64,000 bases of DNA from an uncultured bacterium (GCA_963786935.1 CAWBAN010000003.1:192001-256000); one strand, 5' to 3'; shown: positions 40,826-50,497, counted from the stretch's first letter. Program-made: numbers and translations. Notes: generated by a model not told the origin, from the sequence alone.

Positions 40826-41536
40826 ATGAAGCGAATCCTCATTGCGCTCTGGTCGCTGGGGCTGGTTTTGTGCCTGATCACGATGGGGCGCTCGGGCGCG
40901 CAGGATCTCAAGCAGATGATCCAGGAGAAGGCGGCCGCGCTGAAGCAATCCGTGGCGATGAACCAGCAGGAGCTCGTGCAGTACAGCTGGATCGACAAGA
41001 CCGAGCTCAGCGTGAAGGGCGAGGTGAAGAACACGAAGCTCGAGTCGTGTCAGTACGGGCCCGACGGCAAGATACAGAAGACCCTCCTGACGGAGCCGCC
41101 GGCGCCCTCGGACAAGCGCGGGCTCAGGGGGAAGATCGCCAAGAAAAAGACCGGCGAAATGAAGGACTACATGGAGGGCGCGACAAAGCTCATCGCGCGC
41201 TACGTGCCCCCTTCCCCCGACGCGATGCAGGCCGTTCTGGACGCCGGCAAGGCGTCGTTCGGCCAGTCGGGCCCCGACGCGGTTCAGCTGATCTTCAAGG
41301 ACTACGTGCAGCCGGGCGATTCCTACGTGTTCACGCTCGACGCGGCCGGCGGCGTCATGCGCCACCTCGACGTCGACACGTATCTGGACAAACCGGAGGA
41401 CAAGGTGACGCTTGCGATCGAGTTCCAGACGCTGCCGGACGGCGTCCACTGCATGTCCAAGAAGGTTCTGAACGCGGCCGCCAAAGAGATCGTGGTCACG
41501 ATCACGAGCAGCGATTACAAGAAGCTCGCGAAGTGA
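40826..41536 (+). CDS. Secreted hypothetical protein
   Basis: Signal peptide MKRILIALW...; coherent codon usage; no family recognised. Confidence 0.75.
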   Translation: MKRILIALWSLGLVLCLITMGRSGAQDLKQMIQEKAAALKQSVAMNQQELVQYSWIDKTELSVKGEVKNTKLESCQYGPDGKIQKTLLTEPPAPSDKRGLRGKIAKKKTGEMKDYMEGATKLIARYVPPSPDAMQAVLDAGKASFGQSGPDAVQLIFKDYVQPGDSYVFTLDAAGGVMRHLDVDTYLDKPEDKVTLAIEFQTLPDGVHCMSKKVLNAAAKEIVVTITSSDYKKLAK

Positions 41537-41565
41537 TCGCCGCGTGCGGGGCGCCGGCGCCCCGT

Positions 41566-41583
41566 ATTGGACCAAGGTGCAAT
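41566..41583. promoter_or_regulatory. 18-bp palindrome, copy 2
   Basis: ATTGGACC-AA-GGTGCAAT, ending 74 bp before ATG at 41657. Confidence 0.6.
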
Positions 41584-41656
41584 AGGCCGTTGTCCGGGCA
41601 TTCCATGCCATATGTCCGCATCGTAGATGATGTGCGACCAGGGAGGGCGCATCCTT

Positions 41657-42964
41657 ATGAAAGTGGTTGGAATCCGTCTCATCTTCGCGTCGGTGCTGAC
41701 CGCCCTGCTCTGTTTCGCGTCTCCCGGGACCGCGCGGTCGGATGGGGACACCGCTGCCGATTCCATCGGTCGTTACAACCCGCGCGGCGGATTCCAGCTG
41801 GCCAGCACGGAGCAGGGGACCGTCAACCTGAGGCTCTTCAGCTATCTGCGGTACCTCAACTCGCAGCGACTCGAGCCGACGTACACCGACGCTTTCGGGA
41901 ACACCACCGAGCTGGACCGGCGCCAGGACATTCACCTCAACAAGGTCAACATCCAGATCATGGGCTGGATCATGGATCCGAAGTTCCGTTACCTCGCCTA
42001 CGTCTGGACCTCCGGGACGAGCCAGGGCCAGACCAGCCAGGTGGTGGTCGCCGGCAACCTGGGCTACACCTTCAACCCGCACGTCACCGTGGCGGGCGGC
42101 GTCGGCGCGCTCCCCGGCGTGCGCACCACCGAGGGCAGCTTCCCGTTCTGGCTGTCGCTCGACAACCGGCTGATCGCCGACGAGTTCTTCCGCCCCTCGT
42201 ACACCATGGGGATCTGGGCGAGCGGCGCGGTCGTCAAGGGGCTCCAGTACCAGGTGATGCTGGGCAACAACCTGAGCCAGTTCGGCGTCGACGCCTCGCA
42301 GCTCGACGACGGGCTCAATACCTGGTCGGCGTCCCTGCGGTGGTACCCGACGACGGGGGAGTTCGGGTATCGCGGCGGATTCGGCGACTTCGACCGGCAC
42401 GAGAAGGCGGCCACCCGGCTCGGCGCCCACTACACGCGCAGCGACGAGACCAGCCAGGGGCAGCCCAACACCGATGCGTTCGAGAACGTGCAGATTCGCC
42501 TGTCGGACGGCAGCGTCATCTTCAAGCCCGGGCTGTTCGGGAGCGGGATCCAGGTTCGCGAGGCCACCTACCAGATGGCGTCAATCGACGCGGGGGTGAA
42601 GTACCGCGGATTCTCGCTCGAGGGCGAGTACTACTGGCGCCGGGTCGACCGTCTGCGCGGCCCGGGGGTCGAGGGGCTGCCCGTCGAGGCGTTCCATGAC
42701 GACGGGTTCCAGGTGCAGGCCTCGACGATGGTGAAGCCGCGGACAGTCCAGCTTTACACCGGCGCCTCGTATGTCTCCGGGGAGTACGGGGATCCGTGGG
42801 ACTTCCGTCTGGGCACGAATTGGTATCCGTGGAAGCACCAGGTCATGTGGTGGAACTTCGAGTACATCCACACCGACCGCTCCCCGGTCGGCGCGGCCAG
42901 CCTGCCGTATCTCGTGGGCGGCACCGGCGAGATCTTCTACACCAGCTTCGTGCTGAACTTTTGA
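41657..42964 (+). CDS. Outer-membrane beta-barrel/porin-like protein
   Basis: Signal peptide, alternating amphipathic aromatic strands, C-terminal Phe. Confidence 0.75.
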   Translation: MKVVGIRLIFASVLTALLCFASPGTARSDGDTAADSIGRYNPRGGFQLASTEQGTVNLRLFSYLRYLNSQRLEPTYTDAFGNTTELDRRQDIHLNKVNIQIMGWIMDPKFRYLAYVWTSGTSQGQTSQVVVAGNLGYTFNPHVTVAGGVGALPGVRTTEGSFPFWLSLDNRLIADEFFRPSYTMGIWASGAVVKGLQYQVMLGNNLSQFGVDASQLDDGLNTWSASLRWYPTTGEFGYRGGFGDFDRHEKAATRLGAHYTRSDETSQGQPNTDAFENVQIRLSDGSVIFKPGLFGSGIQVREATYQMASIDAGVKYRGFSLEGEYYWRRVDRLRGPGVEGLPVEAFHDDGFQVQASTMVKPRTVQLYTGASYVSGEYGDPWDFRLGTNWYPWKHQVMWWNFEYIHTDRSPVGAASLPYLVGGTGEIFYTSFVLNF

Positions 42965-42978
42965 GCCGCCCGGTGTCG

Positions 42979-43022
42979 CGCCGTCGCGCATGAGAAATTC
43001 AAGTCGCTCGATATAGCGGCGC
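42979..43022 (+). pseudogene. Remnant 1 of the TviB-like gene 3' end
   Basis: 38/44 nt identical to 39854-39897; AVAHEKFKSLDIAA versus AVAHEKFKSLDVAA. Confidence 0.85.
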
Positions 43023-43040
43023 GTTTCCCGTGGAACGGCG

Positions 43041-43694
43041 TCAGTCCGCGTCGGCCCCCGTTTTCGTGGACACTCCCTGCAGGTAGAAAATGATCCCGGC
43101 CCGCGCGCTGAAGAACTCGAGATCCGGACCGCCGGCGAAGAGATAATTGTAGTTCGCGTCGATACGCAGACCGAAGCGATCACGGTTGATCAGAGCGCCT
43201 ACCCCGCCGTGGAATCCGAAAAAGCTGCCTTCGTAGACCTCGGTGGAGTAACCGGTGGTCGTCGAGCCGTCCGAGACCGTCGCATCGTCGATGAAGGATC
43301 TGAAAAAACCGAGACCGAGGTTCAGGAAGGGGCGCAGAAGATTCTCCTCACGACCGAACAGGTAGTCGTTTTCCGTGGTGATGCTCAGGAGCCCCATGTC
43401 GCCGCCGGAGAATTCTCTCCCCGGGTTGCTCGACGCCAGCTTGTCGCTGTCGAGGGATAACCAGGTGTACCCCACTTCGAAACCGCTCAGATAGTCGGAA
43501 AGCACCCCGACCCGGAACGAGGTCGCGAGCGTGAAGCCCGGTTGGTACGACTCTTCGACGGGGCCGCCCATCGGCCAGGCCCCCCCGCCGGACACCGTGA
43601 AGTAACCTCGTTCCCCGGCGTGCAGGGGGGGCGTCGCGGCAACGAGAAGCAACAGGAGCGCGGACAGCGCTGCGGCGATACGATACGAACGCAT
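43041..43694 (-). CDS. Small outer-membrane beta-barrel protein
   Basis: Signal peptide; RPFLNLGLG, GFHGGVG and RAGIIFY strands. Confidence 0.75.
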   Translation of the reverse strand: MRSYRIAAALSALLLLLVAATPPLHAGERGYFTVSGGGAWPMGGPVEESYQPGFTLATSFRVGVLSDYLSGFEVGYTWLSLDSDKLASSNPGREFSGGDMGLLSITTENDYLFGREENLLRPFLNLGLGFFRSFIDDATVSDGSTTTGYSTEVYEGSFFGFHGGVGALINRDRFGLRIDANYNYLFAGGPDLEFFSARAGIIFYLQGVSTKTGADAD

Positions 43695-43841
43695 AACATC
43701 TCCTTGCGAGCCGGGCGGCTCGGCTGGTCGGAGGTGAATCCCGCGCGGCGCCTCGATCCTCGAATCCAAGGGCCGGCCGAACGGTCGACGCTTCCGAGGC
43801 TAGCGCGGCGCAGCAGGATGAGTCAAGACGTATCCGGATTG

Positions 43842-44318
43842 TCAAAGGAGAACGGCGTCATCTGCGGCGCGAAATCCTTCCTCGATCCGATGACGGTGGA
43901 CGGAAGGCTCTGATCCGATCGTCGCGGCCGGCCAATCGGAGGTCGCGTCGCAGTGCGCGGCGATCCCGGCGGATTTTGCTATATGTTTCTTGAGGTCCAA
44001 GCCGACCAGTAAACGCTCCGTATTGGAAAGATCGCCGATGATCCTCCGCATGGGGCCGGGTAGTTTCCGCACCAATGTCGGAATGGCGAGAATTTGATCG
44101 TCGCGACCCAGCTGCGGTTTCTTCAACAGGTCAATGACTTCGATCCGGTAATTGCCCTTCAATTGCTCTTCGCAAATCGATTTGAGATTATCGAAAGCTG
44201 TGACGGCCCTGGACGTTTGCCCGACAATATACAATCGCAAGATCCATTGGTCTTTTTTCGCTTTGGCCGGGCGTGTTTTCCGCCGGCTGGTTTTCAATTC
44301 TGGTTTCTTTGTTTTCAC
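43842..44318 (-). CDS. kaiB: KaiB family protein with a read-through C-terminal tail
   Basis: [33 protein letters not shown] and IIGDLS; GTGA overlap with the kaiC stop. Confidence 0.93.
   Translation of the reverse strand: MKTKKPELKTSRRKTRPAKAKKDQWILRLYIVGQTSRAVTAFDNLKSICEEQLKGNYRIEVIDLLKKPQLGRDDQILAIPTLVRKLPGPMRRIIGDLSNTERLLVGLDLKKHIAKSAGIAAHCDATSDWPAATIGSEPSVHRHRIEEGFRAADDAVLL
43845..43913 (+). pseudogene. Remnant 2 of the TviB-like gene 3' end, including its stop codon
   Basis: 59/69 nt identical to 39903-39971; [22 protein letters not shown] versus KENGVIYDVKSFLDPMVVDGRL*. Confidence 0.88.
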
Positions 44319-46075
44319 GGAAGAATCCTTTGTGTTTTGGTTCCAATCCTCTTGGTGACTCTTTTTTCCATGGCAACATCGCTTTTTCGACTCTTGGCCA
44401 TTCGTGTCTCGCCTCGTCTGAGACGTTCATTGCTTTCTTTGTCGATCCCGATGACCCTGCGCGCCTCCATCTCTTCGGCCTCGAATTCGGAACGGAGGAG
44501 AACAATCTGAGCTTCCATCGCTTCACGTTTGCGCTCCAATCCGATCCGCTTGCGCGCGATTTCCTGCTGACGCGTCGCCTGTTCCGCCTCGTCCTTCATC
44601 TCCTGCGACAACCGCGACGAACCGGTCAAAACACCTTCCGAGCCGATATACACATCGAGAAGCTCGATTCCGTGATCCGTCAGCTTGAACTCGCGAATCT
44701 GGTTCGAGTGCGCCATGCCGCGCGATTTCAATACGTAGAGTCCCCGGTTGCGTTCGCCCCCGATCTCGATGTCACGCAGAAGCAGCCAGGTATCGATCAG
44801 GGACGAGATGTAGACATCAGTGATCTCGATATTTTCCCCCGAGGAAGTGAGATTCGTGAAGAAGGCCGTGATCCGTTTCATCTTCAGGAAATCGACGAGG
44901 CGCAGCAGCATCGCTTTGACGTCGCTCTGGTTGTCTCCCAGCACGAATGCGTTGATGGGGTCGAGAATAACGATATCGGGTGCGAACTTGCCGATCAATT
45001 TGATGATCGTCGTCAGGTGCGTCTCCAGGCCGTAGACGGTGGGACGCGTGGCGTGAAACCGCAGCAATCCTTTCTTCGCCCAGGGCTCCAGATTGATTCC
45101 GATCGAACGCATATTGCGCGTGAGCTGAGCCGGGGATTCTTCAAAGGTGAAAAAGAGCACGCGTTCTCCCCGTTTGCACGCCGCCTCGACGAATTGCGCG
45201 GCAATGCTCGTTTTGCCGGTGCCGGCGGTGCCCGAGACGAGCACGGTGCTGCAGCGAAAGTAGCCTTTGCCGGTGAGCATCGTATCGAGACGCGGAATGC
45301 CGGTGGAAATCCGTTCCGGGGATGAAGAGTAGTTCAGCCCCAGAGAGGTGACCGGCAGAATGGAAAAACCATCCTCATCGATGAGAAAGGGGTACTCGTT
45401 CGTGCCGTGCGTCGAACCGCGGTATTTCACGATGCGCATCCGTCGAATGGAGGATTGGTTATCCACGCGATGATCGAGCAGAATGACGCAATCGGATACG
45501 TATTCCTCCATGCCCAGGCGCGTCAGGGCGCCTTCTCCTCGTTCCGCGGTCAGTATGGTCGTCACCTGTTTCATTTTCAGCCAGGTCAGCAACCGCCGCA
45601 GCTCGGCGCGAAGGATGAGGGGATTCGGCAGTCCCGAAAAGAGCGATTCCAGAGTATCCAGCACGACGCGCCTGGCGCCGATGCTCTCGATTGCATGATG
45701 GATCCGGATGAACAAGCCTTCCAAGTCGTAGTCGCCGCTCTGTTCGTTTTCGGCCCGTTCGAGATGAATGTGTTCAACCCAGATCTTCTTGCGTCTGACA
45801 AGGTCATCCAAGTCGAATCCCAGCGAAGCCACGTTTGCCGCCAGCTCCTTCTCCGTTTCCTCGAATGATAAAAAGACGCCCGGCTCGTTGTGCTGCGTGG
45901 CCCCGCGGACAAGGAACTCCATGGCAAAGAGGGTCTTTCCGCAGCCCGCGCCCCCGCATACAAGCGTCGGCCTGCCTTTCGGCAGCCCCCCGCCCGTGAT
46001 TTCGTCGAATCCTTGAATGCTCGTAGGAGACTTTTGAAGGAGATGACGCCGGAACCGGTCTTCCTGTTTCTTCAT
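44315..46075 (-). CDS. kaiC: Circadian clock-like ATPase/kinase KaiC (KaiC2-type)
   Basis: Two RecA domains ([12 protein letters not shown] and [12 protein letters not shown]), [18 protein letters not shown], phosphosite ISSLID, C-terminal coiled coil. Confidence 0.96.
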   Translation of the reverse strand: MKKQEDRFRRHLLQKSPTSIQGFDEITGGGLPKGRPTLVCGGAGCGKTLFAMEFLVRGATQHNEPGVFLSFEETEKELAANVASLGFDLDDLVRRKKIWVEHIHLERAENEQSGDYDLEGLFIRIHHAIESIGARRVVLDTLESLFSGLPNPLILRAELRRLLTWLKMKQVTTILTAERGEGALTRLGMEEYVSDCVILLDHRVDNQSSIRRMRIVKYRGSTHGTNEYPFLIDEDGFSILPVTSLGLNYSSSPERISTGIPRLDTMLTGKGYFRCSTVLVSGTAGTGKTSIAAQFVEAACKRGERVLFFTFEESPAQLTRNMRSIGINLEPWAKKGLLRFHATRPTVYGLETHLTTIIKLIGKFAPDIVILDPINAFVLGDNQSDVKAMLLRLVDFLKMKRITAFFTNLTSSGENIEITDVYISSLIDTWLLLRDIEIGGERNRGLYVLKSRGMAHSNQIREFKLTDHGIELLDVYIGSEGVLTGSSRLSQEMKDEAEQATRQQEIARKRIGLERKREAMEAQIVLLRSEFEAEEMEARRVIGIDKESNERLRRGETRMAKSRKSDVAMEKRVTKRIGTKTQRILP

Positions 46076-46184
46076 GATATTCTCCGCGTATCGTTACTTT
46101 GGTTTCTATCTCGCCTCTTGATGTCTCAATTAAGTTTAAGACAAACGGTGATAAAAACAATAAATCGAAGGAGGGAAAAAGGAA

Positions 46185-46216
46185 CTAGTCCTTTGGGATG
46201 AGAAAGAACTCATCCC
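46185..46216. promoter_or_regulatory. Overlapping inverted repeats upstream of kaiC
   Basis: GGGATGAG-AAAGAA-CTCATCCC (46195-46216) overlapping an imperfect CTAGTCC-TTTG-GGATGAG. Confidence 0.5.
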
Positions 46217-46253
46217 TTACAAGTGAATGACGATCAGGTCGTGAATCCGCTTG

Positions 46254-46910
46254 TCAGGATTCATCCTTGCGGGCAAAGGCGGCTATCTGCAGACGGGTGC
46301 TGAGCGCCAGCTTTTCCAGAATGTTGTGCACGTGGCTCTTCGCGGTGAAGGTGGCGATATGGAGACGATCGGCGATCTCTTTGTTGCTGAGGCCTTCGGA
46401 GATCAGGTCGACGATTTCCCGCTCGCGATTCGTGAACTGGATTGATTTTGCGGGTATTCCTTTGCCGCTTTTGAGGGTGACCTCGATAATCTGCGAGAAG
46501 AGGGATTGGGTCAAGCACGGCGGCAGCACTTTTTCTCCCGCCGCGACGGTCTTGATCGTATTCGCCCAATCATCGAACGGGGCGTTCTTGAGAATGAATC
46601 CGGCCCCCCCGGCCTTCACGAATTCGATGATGTCCACGTAGTCGGGAAGGATATCCATCGCGATGACCTTTACCTCCGACGATTCTTCCCGAAGCAGGGA
46701 CATGAGCTTCAGGCTGTCTTCCTTCTCCAGTCCAAGATCCAGAAGGATAACGTCGGGAGGTTTCTTCATGTTCTTCATCTGGCGCAGCGAATCGCCGTCT
46801 TCGGAACGCGCGACGACATCGAAATCGCCGTGTTTGTTGAGCATGGCGGCGATGCCGTCCCGCAGAAGACGGTTGTCTTCGATCAACAGAATCCGGATTC
46901 TTCTTGCCAT
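46254..46910 (-). CDS. NarL/LuxR family response regulator
   Basis: LIEDN, ILLD and GFILK REC motifs; TNREREIVDLISEGLSNKEIADRL...KSHVHNILEKL HTH. Confidence 0.95.
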   Translation of the reverse strand: MARRIRILLIEDNRLLRDGIAAMLNKHGDFDVVARSEDGDSLRQMKNMKKPPDVILLDLGLEKEDSLKLMSLLREESSEVKVIAMDILPDYVDIIEFVKAGGAGFILKNAPFDDWANTIKTVAAGEKVLPPCLTQSLFSQIIEVTLKSGKGIPAKSIQFTNREREIVDLISEGLSNKEIADRLHIATFTAKSHVHNILEKLALSTRLQIAAFARKDES

Positions 46911-47139
46911 GGGAGAAGGCTTCTTGGCCCGCATAAAATGCTCTTCCGGTGTATTCGTCCAATGATATTGACAACATTGATGATGCTGGGGGAATTTTAA
47001 TGGTGGAACCGGCTGCTTGCAAGAAAAATTGCGGGAGTCATGAAGAGCCCCGCGATTCTATTAATTCTGCCGACAAGACGGATTCGCGGTCGATGAAGGC
47101 GTCGTGCCGAGACCGGAAAGGTCAGGCGCAGCGCGCGGG

Positions 47140-48642
47140 TCACTTCACGATGAATCGGCTCGCCTTTTGGGATTCGAAGCGTGTGTCGTGCACCGATTCG
47201 ACGATCGAGCGCCGGTACGACGTGTCGTCGCCCGACCGCTCCGCGAGGTCGATCTGTTCGTCGGTGGCGCCGTCAGCGCCGAGGAGCGCGACGACGGGGC
47301 GGTGAAGGAGGCGCGCGTCCTGGTTCTGGCGCGTCACGACGGCGTGCTCGCCCGTGTCGAGCCGGACCACCGTTCCCACGGGGTAGACCCCCATCGCCCT
47401 GACGAACGATTTCACGACGAGCGGATCGAACATCTCCCCGCTTTTTTCGACGATCAGGCGAAGGGCGCCGTCGGGCGTCAGGGGCCGGCGGCGGTACGAA
47501 CGGGGCGTGGTCATGGCGTCGAACACGTCGGCGACCGTGATCAGGCGAACGAACGGATGCAGCTCCCAGGGGGATTTCTTGAGGGGATATCCCCGTCCGT
47601 TGAACAGGAGATGGTGCTGGAGCGTGACGAACAGCGCGTCGGCGATCGGGCGCAGCGAGCGCGTCCGCGAGAGCTCGATGACGCCGAGCAACGGGTGGCG
47701 CTCCATGATCTGCCACTCATCGGCCGCGAGCGCCGCCGGTTTGTTCAGGATCTCCTGCGGGATATGCGTCTTGCCCACGTCGTGGAACAGGGCCGCGACG
47801 CCGACCTGCGCGGTCTCGCTCTTGTGCATCCCCATCCGGTCGGCGATCAACATCGAGAGCACGCTGACGTTCACCGAATGGGAGAAGGTGTATTCGTCGT
47901 AGTCCTTGATGCTCGCCAGCCCGACGAGGATCGTCTCGTCGGTGCGGATGATGTCGGCGATCTGCTGCGCGATCCTGATCGCCTTGGGCACCTGCACCGC
48001 GCGCCGCTGCGACACCGCCCGCATGACCTCGCCCATGAACATGACCGCCCGCGACATGACCCGGTTGCTCTCCTCGCGGACCTCCTGCTTGTTCACCTTG
48101 GCGTCCCGGAGGTACTTCACCCGCTCGATCCACTCGGAAAGCCTGATGTTGACGACGCCCGCGCCGGCGAGCCTCTTCGAGAGCTCGCCGAAAACGTCCT
48201 CCTCCGACGGCTCCGCGAAGAACGCCTGCAGGAAGGCGCCGAGCTCCTCGACGCCGGCTTCCGGCGCGAAGTCGATCTCCTCCACTTTCCGGTCCTTCAT
48301 CTCGCCGATGAGATAGAGGATGGGGCCCATGTTCTGCGTGTCGACGACGATCCTCACGTCGTTGATCAACAGCAGATCCGTCGAGATCGCAACGGTCACC
48401 CGGCCTTCCGTTTCGCCGAGCTCCCGCAGCGAGTCCTGAAGCTTGGACAACGCCGCCTGGGCGGCGCGATTGCTCAGATCGTGAATCTGCACCGTCTTGC
48501 CGGCGCTGAAGAGGTAATGCACGAACAGCGGGCCGAGGCGGCCGATGACGTCGTCCGTCTCCGCCGCGCGCGCGTCCGTCTCCGGCGCGCCGCGCTCGGC
48601 GGCCGTGACGTCGCTCGTGGCGCTGATGTGTCGATCACTCAT
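47140..48642 (-). CDS. HD-GYP domain protein (putative c-di-GMP phosphodiesterase)
   Basis: YTFSHSVNV, HDVGK, KP..L, HH...GRGYP and ADVFDAMT.PRSYR. Confidence 0.92.
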   Translation of the reverse strand: MSDRHISATSDVTAAERGAPETDARAAETDDVIGRLGPLFVHYLFSAGKTVQIHDLSNRAAQAALSKLQDSLRELGETEGRVTVAISTDLLLINDVRIVVDTQNMGPILYLIGEMKDRKVEEIDFAPEAGVEELGAFLQAFFAEPSEEDVFGELSKRLAGAGVVNIRLSEWIERVKYLRDAKVNKQEVREESNRVMSRAVMFMGEVMRAVSQRRAVQVPKAIRIAQQIADIIRTDETILVGLASIKDYDEYTFSHSVNVSVLSMLIADRMGMHKSETAQVGVAALFHDVGKTHIPQEILNKPAALAADEWQIMERHPLLGVIELSRTRSLRPIADALFVTLQHHLLFNGRGYPLKKSPWELHPFVRLITVADVFDAMTTPRSYRRRPLTPDGALRLIVEKSGEMFDPLVVKSFVRAMGVYPVGTVVRLDTGEHAVVTRQNQDARLLHRPVVALLGADGATDEQIDLAERSGDDTSYRRSIVESVHDTRFESQKASRFIVK

Positions 48643-50497
48643 CGTTTCCTCCGCCGGCCGCGGCCGGCGCCTCCTCCAGAACGGCCGCGTCGTCGTGCCC
48701 GTCGCGCGCGGCGAGCGCGCGCTGCGCCGTGCTCCTGACGAGCTTGTCCCGGTCGCCCGCGAGCTTGCTCAACATCTCGCCGGACTCCTGCCCCGCGATG
48801 AACCGCAGCGCCGTGACGGCGAGCAGCTTGTTCTGCCGGGCGCGGCCGCCGCCACGCGGGAACAATCCGCGCGGCGACGCCATGCGTTTGATATTCGGAA
48901 GGATGTCCGCTCCCGCCATCTTGCCGGCCGTCCGGAAAAGCCGCTCGAGCTCCTTCATGCTCTTCGCGGCGAGATCTTCGTCGAAGCACATCGCCGTCAC
49001 CCGCGCGACGAGGGCCGGATTCTCGAGATCCTCGATCGCCGCGAGCGCGCCCATCCGGACGCTCGGCTCCCCGTCGGCGAGCAGCCGGCAGAGCAGCGGA
49101 GCAGCCTCGTCCGTTCCCACCTGCGCGAGGTACGCGGCCGCGCCCGCGCGGGCTTCCGGAAGCGGCGATGAAAGGTATCGCTCGATGACGGGGGCGACCT
49201 CTCCGGTCGCGCACCGGCGCAGCAGGGAGATCGCGTCCTGCGCTTCGAGCGGTCGGTCCGGCTTGAGATCCTCGATGATCGGCATGATGTATTCGCGCGC
49301 GATCGAGCACAGCGCGTCGCACACGTCCGCGTGGACCGACGGATCGGTCGAGGATGCCAGTATTTCGCGCAGGGCCGGGACGGCGTTCGTGCCGATGAAC
49401 CGGAAATAATCCAGAATCTCCTTCGTGCCGGCGCGCGACCGGCCGACTTTCTTTCCGAGCGCGAGGAGGAACGAGGTGCTCGTCAGCTCGCGTTTGATCC
49501 GCGCGGGGACCGCTTCGAATCCTGCCGCCGGTTCCCCGTCCGTCGTTTTCAGCATATCGAGCAGCGCGACGAGCGTCGGGATGTCGGCTTCATCGGCGAC
49601 GGAGCGGACGAGCCGGTCGATGATGGCGGTGACGTCCTGCACGATCGGCTCGGGATTGTTCGCGCGGGTGAAATCGAACATCGAGCGCAGGAGCCACAGC
49701 AGCTTGTTCCTCCCCTGGAGGTCCGCCGCGCTTTGACGCCAGGCGGCCAATTCCTCCGCGCCCACCGTGAAAAGCGATTCCAGCAGCTGCTGGAGATGCC
49801 GTTCTCTTTCGTGCGCCCCGGCGCGGGGGTGGCTGCGCTCGACGACGGCGCGCAGGTGCTGGCCGAGCGTCTCGGTCGAGCGGTCCATCATCGACGTATT
49901 GCCGCGACGGCGTTCGTCCACCGTCAGGTTCGGATGATCGTCGGCGCGGAGCTGCTGCTCGCCGGTATCGCTTCCCGATCCGCGCCCGCCGCCGGCCTTC
50001 CCGTCGGTGCATTCGTCGAAGACGCGGTAGGAGATGTCCGTGAATTCAGCCTGCCACAGCTTGCTCACCATATCGAGATTCGGCGTCGGGCAGCAGATCT
50101 CGCTCTTGATCAAATCGACGAACTGCTCGAGCTCGGCCGGTTTCACCGCTTCATTGAGCGTGATCTCGCCGACGCCGTCCTTGTAGAGCAGGAAGGCGAG
50201 GCTGTTCTTCTTGTCGCTGTTGTCGTACACGCTCTCGCCGTGCCACGTGAGCCGGTACTGCTCGACGCCGAGGGTCAGCTCCTTTTCGTTCCGGAGGAAT
50301 TCCTGCAGCCCCTGCCGGAACGCGTCGCCGAACACCCCCACGACGGGGCTGTTGTCCGCGTAAATCGTTTTCGCGTTTAGGTATTTGGCCAGCGAGACGA
50401 AAATCGAGCGCACCTGTTCCAGACGTTTGGGGTCGGCTTCGGCGCTCTTCCCCGCACGATCCGGCGCGGAGCGGTGCTGGATCTTCGTAATGGTCAT
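48635..50497 (-). CDS. HEAT-repeat protein; start uncertain
   Basis: C-terminal HEAT-like repeats (LLADGEPSVR, LAGDRDKLVR); overlaps the HD-GYP start. Confidence 0.8.
   Translation of the reverse strand: MTITKIQHRSAPDRAGKSAEADPKRLEQVRSIFVSLAKYLNAKTIYADNSPVVGVFGDAFRQGLQEFLRNEKELTLGVEQYRLTWHGESVYDNSDKKNSLAFLLYKDGVGEITLNEAVKPAELEQFVDLIKSEICCPTPNLDMVSKLWQAEFTDISYRVFDECTDGKAGGGRGSGSDTGEQQLRADDHPNLTVDERRRGNTSMMDRSTETLGQHLRAVVERSHPRAGAHERERHLQQLLESLFTVGAEELAAWRQSAADLQGRNKLLWLLRSMFDFTRANNPEPIVQDVTAIIDRLVRSVADEADIPTLVALLDMLKTTDGEPAAGFEAVPARIKRELTSTSFLLALGKKVGRSRAGTKEILDYFRFIGTNAVPALREILASSTDPSVHADVCDALCSIAREYIMPIIEDLKPDRPLEAQDAISLLRRCATGEVAPVIERYLSSPLPEARAGAAAYLAQVGTDEAAPLLCRLLADGEPSVRMGALAAIEDLENPALVARVTAMCFDEDLAAKSMKELERLFRTAGKMAGADILPNIKRMASPRGLFPRGGGRARQNKLLAVTALRFIAGQESGEMLSKLAGDRDKLVRSTAQRALAARDGHDDAAVLEEAPAAAGGGNDE

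Noticed and set aside
39854..43913. Diversity-generating retroelement TR/VR pair
   Set aside because: Mismatches are not adenine-specific, the repeats are short, and no reverse transcriptase is present.
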